From: an uncultured Armatimonadetes bacterium
Lineage (GTDB): Bacteria; Armatimonadota; UBA5829; DTJY01
Length of the DNA stretch: 64,000 nt
Direction: 5' to 3'
Assembly (NCBI GenBank): GCA_963717145.1
Contig: OY970325.1
Span: 1,408,001-1,472,000, forward strand
How positions within the stretch are numbered: the stretch's first letter is position 1; each line of letters opens with the position of its first letter. A program made the translations under genes and the position numbers. Below, in pieces: positions 58,526 to 64,000 of the stretch. The notes beneath the pieces were generated by a model. That model ran no database searches, was not told where the DNA came from, and worked only from the letters and a program-made list of their open reading frames with translations.

Positions 58526-60675
58526 TTGCGCCTGCGCGCGACCTCCTGGATGGTGAACATCTCGATGACGTCTCCCTCCTGGAAATCATTGAAGCCTTCC
58601 AGCACGACACCGCACTCGAATCCGGCGGCCATCTCGCGCACGTCGTCCTTGATATGCCTCAGGGATCCTACCTTGCCCGTGTAGACAATCTCCTCCCCGC
58701 GCTTCAGTCTGGCTTCGGCGTTTCTCTGCGCCTTGCCGTCGGTGACATAGCATCCGGCGACCACGCCGCGAGGCACCTTGAACGTCGCTCTCACCTCTGC
58801 GTGGCCGATGACCGTTTCCTCGAGTACCGGCGCGAGCAGGCCGAGCATAGCGCCTTCGATATCGTCGAGCAGCTCATAGATGATATTGTAGGTGCGGACA
58901 TCTACGCTCTCCTTCTCGGCGGCCCGCAGGGCGTTGGTGTCAACCTTCACATTGAACCCGACGACGACCGCGTTCGAAGCCGACGCCAGCAGCACATCCG
59001 ACTCGCCGATGTTCCCGACGCCGCTGTGAATCAGGTTCACTCGAACCTCTTCATCGGCCAGCTTGGTCAGTGACTGAGCGATTGCCTCTTCCGATCCCTG
59101 GACGTCCGTCTTCAGGACCACATTGAGGTCCTTGACGACGCCCTCCTTGATCTGCCTGTAGAGATCGGCCAGAGTCACGCGAGTGTGAGACTCCATCTTG
59201 CCCTCACGGGTCTCAGCGGCGCGTGCCTCGGCCACCTGACGAGCCTCGCGTTCGTTTTTCACAACGTCCATGTAGTCGCCGGCGCTCGGGACGGTCGAAA
59301 GGCCCACGATCTCGACCGGGGTCGCCGGTCCCGCCTTCAACACCCTGTTGCCGCGGTCGTCGAGCATCGCCTTGACCTTGCCATATGCAGAGCCCATGAC
59401 GACTGCATCCCCGATCTTCAGTGTACCCTCGCTGACGAGGACCGTCGCGACCGGGCCCTTGCCTTTGTCCAACTCGGCCTCGATCACGGTGCCGACGGCA
59501 GGACCTGTGGCGTCGGCCTTGAGTTCGGCAACCTCGGCGACGAGGGAGATCATCTCCAGCAACTCGTCGATGCCCTTCTTATCCTTGGCGGACATATCGA
59601 CCGAAACGATGTCGCCGCCCCACTTTTCGATCACGAGCCCATGCTCGGCCAACTGCTGCTTCGTGCGGTCCACATTTGCATCGGCCTTATCGACCTTGTT
59701 GATCGCGGCGATGATGTGGACCTTGGCGGCCTTGGCGTGGTTGATCGCTTCGATGGTCTGCGGCATGACGCCGTCGTCTGCGGCAACGATGAGAATGGCG
59801 ATATCGGTAACCTGCGCGCCACGAGCGCGCATGGCGGTGAATGCTTCATGGCCCGGTGTATCGAGGAACGTGATCTTCTTGCCTTCCAGGGTCACCTGGT
59901 AGGCGCCGATGTGCTGAGTGATGCCTCCGAACTCCTGCTCGGTGACGTTCGTCTGGCGAATCGCGTCGAGGAGTGTGGTCTTGCCGTGGTCGACGTGTCC
60001 GAGGATGGTGACGATCGGCGGACGAGGCATGAGTTTGCCCTGCCTCACGGGCTTGGCCAGCCTCTTGGGGAGCATCGGTGTTACGGCTTTCGGCTGCTTC
60101 GGCTCTTCGGCCTTGGGTTTGGGAGCTTCTTGAACGAGAATCTTGAAGCCGAGGCCTTCGACTACTTTTTTGGCCAGATCCGCGGGTACCGTCTGATTGA
60201 CCGCAACGAGCGCGCCCTGTTTGACGAGCCCACGCTGTATGTCTGCAGTGGCAACGCTGAGGAGTTCTGCGAGCTGCTTGACAGTAGCCTTTGCCGGAAG
60301 CTCAATCCTGTTGTCCTTGGGGGCAGGCTCATCCGCGGGCGCCGCCTCCGCTTCGGGTTCCGCCGCTACTTCGGGTGGGGCCTCTGCTTCGGGTTTCACC
60401 TCTGCTTTGGGCGCGGCTTCTTCCGCGACCTTGGCTTCCGGCTCTTCCTTGGGCTTGGCTTCCTTCTTTGGCTTGGTCTCGACGGCCGCGGTCTCGGCCT
60501 TGGGGGCCGCAGCGGTCCGCTTCTTGAGGGCCTTCTTGATCTTCTCGACGGTCTCAGCTTCCAGCGAACTGGAATGGCTCTTAACCTCGACACCCATCTC
60601 AGCCAGCGCAGTGATCAGGTCATGATTGCTCATGTCCAGCTCTTTCGCCAATTCGTATACTCGCACGTTTGCCAC
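58522..60675 (-). CDS. infB: Translation initiation factor IF-2
   Basis: [29 protein letters not shown] and NKVD motifs. GTG start at 60675 or 60687. Confidence 0.97.
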   Translation of the reverse strand: MANVRVYELAKELDMSNHDLITALAEMGVEVKSHSSSLEAETVEKIKKALKKRTAAAPKAETAAVETKPKKEAKPKEEPEAKVAEEAAPKAEVKPEAEAPPEVAAEPEAEAAPADEPAPKDNRIELPAKATVKQLAELLSVATADIQRGLVKQGALVAVNQTVPADLAKKVVEGLGFKILVQEAPKPKAEEPKQPKAVTPMLPKRLAKPVRQGKLMPRPPIVTILGHVDHGKTTLLDAIRQTNVTEQEFGGITQHIGAYQVTLEGKKITFLDTPGHEAFTAMRARGAQVTDIAILIVAADDGVMPQTIEAINHAKAAKVHIIAAINKVDKADANVDRTKQQLAEHGLVIEKWGGDIVSVDMSAKDKKGIDELLEMISLVAEVAELKADATGPAVGTVIEAELDKGKGPVATVLVSEGTLKIGDAVVMGSAYGKVKAMLDDRGNRVLKAGPATPVEIVGLSTVPSAGDYMDVVKNEREARQVAEARAAETREGKMESHTRVTLADLYRQIKEGVVKDLNVVLKTDVQGSEEAIAQSLTKLADEEVRVNLIHSGVGNIGESDVLLASASNAVVVGFNVKVDTNALRAAEKESVDVRTYNIIYELLDDIEGAMLGLLAPVLEETVIGHAEVRATFKVPRGVVAGCYVTDGKAQRNAEARLKRGEEIVYTGKVGSLRHIKDDVREMAAGFECGVVLEGFNDFQEGDVIEMFTIQEVARRRK

Positions 60676-60828
60676 TGTTTCTGTCACCTCTTCCTTGCAG
60701 ACAGGACCGGGAGAGCAACGTCGGCTATGAACCGTCTCTCTCCGGTAGCCTATAAGCGGGAGCCTGCTTTCGACAGGGCGATGGCGCCCCGTGCGGTTGC
60801 GCACTATGGCCGAAATGAGTCTGATGGT

Positions 60829-61110
60829 TTATCCCATAGCTGACGACCCTTGCTCCACGATTACTTCGAGCTGCCTGACCAACTCGTCCGGGATCTCGGC
60901 CCGGAGTGCCCGCCCGAGTCGCTTGCCTTTCATGGCCTGACTCAGGCATTCCGGGGCAGGACACAAATACGCCCCACGCCCCGCTATCTTACCCGTAGGA
61001 TCAATCGCCACATCACCGGTGGAGGTCCGAACCAATCTGATCAGACCTTTCTTCCCGCCGGCGGTCCTGCAACCTACGCAGGTTCGAATCGGAACCTTAC
61101 GCTGTTTCAT
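60829..61110 (-). CDS. ylxR: YlxR/RnpM family protein
   Basis: PIRTCVGCR and GRGAYLC motifs. Confidence 0.93.
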   Translation of the reverse strand: MKQRKVPIRTCVGCRTAGGKKGLIRLVRTSTGDVAIDPTGKIAGRGAYLCPAPECLSQAMKGKRLGRALRAEIPDELVRQLEVIVEQGSSAMG

Positions 61111-62443
61111 CTTCCGGGGCTTCCTCAGCCACAACAGCCGGTTCCTCTGTTTCGCTATCGTCCAGTACAGTAACAGCGACCTCGACTACCTCAGCCTCGG
61201 CAGGCGGTTCCTCTGCCACAACCTCTGTTACCTCGTCATCCGTCGCCGTTTCTTCATCTGCTTCATCGGCCACAACGGACGGTTCCTCCGCGACGACCTC
61301 TGCCTCGCCGGAAGTACCCTCCGACTCCACGGCTACCTCGGCTACATCGTCCGGAACTGCGCTCGCCAACGGCTCGATCTCGGCCTCGGGCTCGGCTGTA
61401 AGAGCGGCTTTCGCGACCTGCAACTCGCTTCGGATGTCGATCCGCCAGCCGGTTAGCCGCGCCGCCAGACGAACATTTTGTCCCGACTTGCCGATAGCCA
61501 GCGAGAGCTGATTGTCCGGCACGACGACAAATGCGCTCTTCGAACTCTCGTCGACCTCGACTGAAACAACCTTCGCGGGGCTCAGTGACTCGGCGATAAA
61601 CTTTGCGATCGAGTCGTTCCACCGAACGATATCGATCTTTTCATCATAAAGCTCATTGACCACCGCCTGAACGCGACTTCCTCGATGCCCGACGCATGCG
61701 CCGACGGGATCGACCTGCTCGTCACTCGATGCAACGGCGATCTTCGAACGGGCGCCTGGCTCGCGCGCAACGGACTTGATGGTAACGATGCCGTCGTGGA
61801 TCTCGGGCACTTCCAACTCGAAGAGCCTGCGGATCAGGCTCGGATGAGTCCTCGATACTATTACCTGCGGGCCTTTCGGCGTGCGGCGGACTTCCAGAAC
61901 GTATACCTTGATCCGGTCGTTAAACCTGTACGGCTCGGTGGGCACCTGCTCGTTCCCGGGAAGGAGCGCCTCGACTTTGCCGAGGTTGATGAACACGTTC
62001 CTCTGCTCCCGACGCTGCACCGTGCCGGTCATGACTTCGCCGACTCGCTCGCTGTATTCCTCGAAAATCTTCTCGCGTTCAGCTTCTCGGATACGCTGAA
62101 CGACGACCTGCTTGGCGGTCTGAGCTGCTATCCGCCCGAAGTTCTCGGGCGTGACCTCGACCTCGACAAAGTCGCCGACGTTCAGATTGGAATCGTGCTT
62201 TCGCGCGTCGGACACGAGGATCTCCGCGTGCGAGTTCTCGACCTCCTCGACCACCGCCATCTGGCAGAATACGCGGAACCCCAGCTTGCCGGACTCGACG
62301 CGAACCTTCACATCGCTGGTGATCGCGAAATGCTTCTTATATGCTGTCACGAGTGCCGATTCGATCGTCTCGAGAAGCACGTCAAAGGGTATTTCTTTCT
62401 CTTTTTCGATCGCGCGCAACGCCTCGATGAAATCCCCGTTCAT
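61097..62443 (-). CDS. nusA: Transcription factor NusA with acidic C-terminal tail
   Basis: FGRIAAQTAKQ, EVPEI, AREPG.RSK and AIGKSGQNVRLA motifs. Confidence 0.97.
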   Translation of the reverse strand: MNGDFIEALRAIEKEKEIPFDVLLETIESALVTAYKKHFAITSDVKVRVESGKLGFRVFCQMAVVEEVENSHAEILVSDARKHDSNLNVGDFVEVEVTPENFGRIAAQTAKQVVVQRIREAEREKIFEEYSERVGEVMTGTVQRREQRNVFINLGKVEALLPGNEQVPTEPYRFNDRIKVYVLEVRRTPKGPQVIVSRTHPSLIRRLFELEVPEIHDGIVTIKSVAREPGARSKIAVASSDEQVDPVGACVGHRGSRVQAVVNELYDEKIDIVRWNDSIAKFIAESLSPAKVVSVEVDESSKSAFVVVPDNQLSLAIGKSGQNVRLAARLTGWRIDIRSELQVAKAALTAEPEAEIEPLASAVPDDVAEVAVESEGTSGEAEVVAEEPSVVADEADEETATDDEVTEVVAEEPPAEAEVVEVAVTVLDDSETEEPAVVAEEAPEDETA

Positions 62444-62483
62444 ATCGTATCCTTCTAGCAATCCTCCGGGGTACATCAACGGA

Positions 62484-62510
62484 AAAGAGTGGGTGAGTTA
62501 CCCACTCTTT
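62484..62510 (-). promoter_or_regulatory. rimP-leader-like terminator hairpin upstream of nusA
   Basis: AAAGAGTGGG-taactca-CCCACTCTTT(T), downstream of TG.TATACT at 62539-62547. Confidence 0.7.
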
Positions 62511-62620
62511 GACACGAGACCCGGAGAGAACTGACGTAAGTATACCATACGTGAATGGCCGATGCAAGTTTTTTTTGGCCCGCATACACCGATGAGCACA
62601 CAGACACGGCCGTTACAAGG

Positions 62621-63280
62621 CTACGTCCACTCGAAACGGGAGACTTCCGTCTGCTGTGCCAACACAGTGCCTACCGTGCGTTCACTACCTCTGCGAGGGA
62701 CAGAGACCTTCATCCGAACAATCTTCCTGTCGTTCTCGGGCGAATCTTCCATCGTGATCGAGCGGATGGTCAGCCCGTGCTCCATGAGCGTGCGCAGAAT
62801 CGAGGTGAGCGACTGCATGCTTCCGGACGGTATCTCTATCATCAGGTTCCGAAGACTTTTCATGCCCAGGACGTATTCGAACCTGCTCATAGTAGAGAGC
62901 GTGACGAAGACAATCAGCGTGGCGAAGACTGCGACCCAGGCGAGCTGTCCGCCTATCGCGACGGCCATCCCGATGCCCGCGACCGTCCAAAGGCTCGCGG
63001 CCGTGGTGAGCCCTCTGACGATGTTCCCTTGAGTCAAGATGGTCCCGGCGCCGAGGAAACCGATCCCGCTGACGATCTGGGCCGCGATCCTCCCAGGATC
63101 CCATGTCGGCCCGAAGGACATCGACACGAGCGTGATCAAGGCCGATCCCATGCACACCAGAATGTGCGTGCGGAGGCCGGCCGGCCGCTCGTGTACTTCG
63201 CGCTCCCAGCCGACGAGGCCCCCCATCACAGTGGCGAGCAGCAGTTTTCCTGCCATAACCAGCTCAGGCATAAAGTCCAT
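62621..63280 (-). CDS. MgtC/SapB family protein
   Basis: GWERE..RPAGLRTH, RIAAQIVSGIGFLGAG and GLTTAASLW motifs. Confidence 0.92.
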   Translation of the reverse strand: MDFMPELVMAGKLLLATVMGGLVGWEREVHERPAGLRTHILVCMGSALITLVSMSFGPTWDPGRIAAQIVSGIGFLGAGTILTQGNIVRGLTTAASLWTVAGIGMAVAIGGQLAWVAVFATLIVFVTLSTMSRFEYVLGMKSLRNLMIEIPSGSMQSLTSILRTLMEHGLTIRSITMEDSPENDRKIVRMKVSVPRRGSERTVGTVLAQQTEVSRFEWT

Positions 63281-64000
63281 TTATCCCTCCGAACCAATGT
63301 CTTCCTCGATCGCAGAGACCGGGAGTGCCGTGCACCAATCCTTGCCGACCTTGACCTCGACTTCGAGCGGCACGTCCATCTCGAAGGCATGCTCCATCGC
63401 GTCCCTGACCATCGAAACCAGGCGATCGACTTCGCTCTCCGGCACGTCGAACACGAGTTCATCATGTACCTGAAGCACCATCTTGCCCTTGAAGCCTTCC
63501 TCACAGAGTCGCCGATGCACGACGATCATCGCCAGCTTCATGATGTCGGCCGCGGTACCCTGGATCGGCATGTTCACCGCGGCGCGCTCAGCGAACTCGC
63601 GGAAGTTGCGGTTGGGACTGGTCAACTCGGGCAGATAGCGGCGACGTCCGAGCAAGCTCTCTACGTAGCCCGTGAGTCGCGCCTTCTTCAGCGTGTCGTT
63701 TCCATACTGCTTCACGCCCGGATACTGCTCGAAGTAGTTCTCGATGTACTGCTTGGCGATCCCCGGCGGGATGCTCAGTTGCCTCGACAGACCGTACTCG
63801 CTGATGCCATAGATGACCGCGAAGTTGACGGTTTTGGCCTGCCTTCGCATGTCCGGCGTGACACCATCCTCCGGCACCCCGAAGACCCCGGTGGCCGTCC
63901 GCGTATGGATGTCCACATTCTCGCGGTAGGCTTCCAACAGCTTCGGGTCGCGGCTCACGTGCGCGAGGATGCGCAGCTCGATCTGCGAGTAGTCCGCTGA
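63281..64000 (-). CDS. polA: DNA polymerase I, C-terminal part
   Basis: DYSQIELR, AKTVNFAVIYG, NMPIQGTAAD and LQVHDEL motifs. Confidence 0.97.
   Translation of the reverse strand, partial: SADYSQIELRILAHVSRDPKLLEAYRENVDIHTRTATGVFGVPEDGVTPDMRRQAKTVNFAVIYGISEYGLSRQLSIPPGIAKQYIENYFEQYPGVKQYGNDTLKKARLTGYVESLLGRRRYLPELTSPNRNFREFAERAAVNMPIQGTAADIMKLAMIVVHRRLCEEGFKGKMVLQVHDELVFDVPESEVDRLVSMVRDAMEHAFEMDVPLEVEVKVGKDWCTALPVSAIEEDIGSEG

Noticed and set aside
59185-60843. Long plus-strand ORFs opposite infB, and likewise opposite pnp, rnj and polA
   Set aside because: These are antisense shadows typical of high-GC coding DNA.

Overview
GC-rich bacterial chromosome segment, probably Armatimonadota (inferred from a 'GLLVxxTGK..FYIDDG'-type C-terminal domain and the gene content). 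The right third (about 47-64 kb, minus strand) is a conserved core block: polA(partial)-mgtC-nusA-ylxR-infB-DUF503-rbfA-DHH-truB-ribF-rpsO-pnp-M16 peptidase-dapB-asd-rnj-dedA. The left two-thirds is accessory. It holds carbohydrate-active and secreted proteins, nth, apgM-prs, a TPP riboswitch with a Cys-type thi4, htpX, one IS, three MITE-like elements, many REP-like palindromes, and lower-GC genes (TIR-Nudix fusion, tandem-PLAT protein, secreted tail-fibre-like protein). It also holds a KAP-NTPase-LRR fusion. Top observations: (1) Two distant paralogues of an uncharacterised helical+FN3-like protein (1-264, missed by the ORF track, and 28734-29417) each have an upstream phased array of imperfect palindromes (21-bp and 22-bp period) with unrelated unit sequences. 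(2) A consensus sigma54 promoter drives an unannotated 29-aa ORF that is a signal peptide plus a 7-residue tail (VTTWISF), a candidate peptide signal. (3) A TIR-Nudix gene abuts a truncated nucleotidyltransferase start. (4) MITEs carry REP-like hairpins, and two of them sit in 5'UTRs with compensatory base changes. All calls are by eye; no searches were run.
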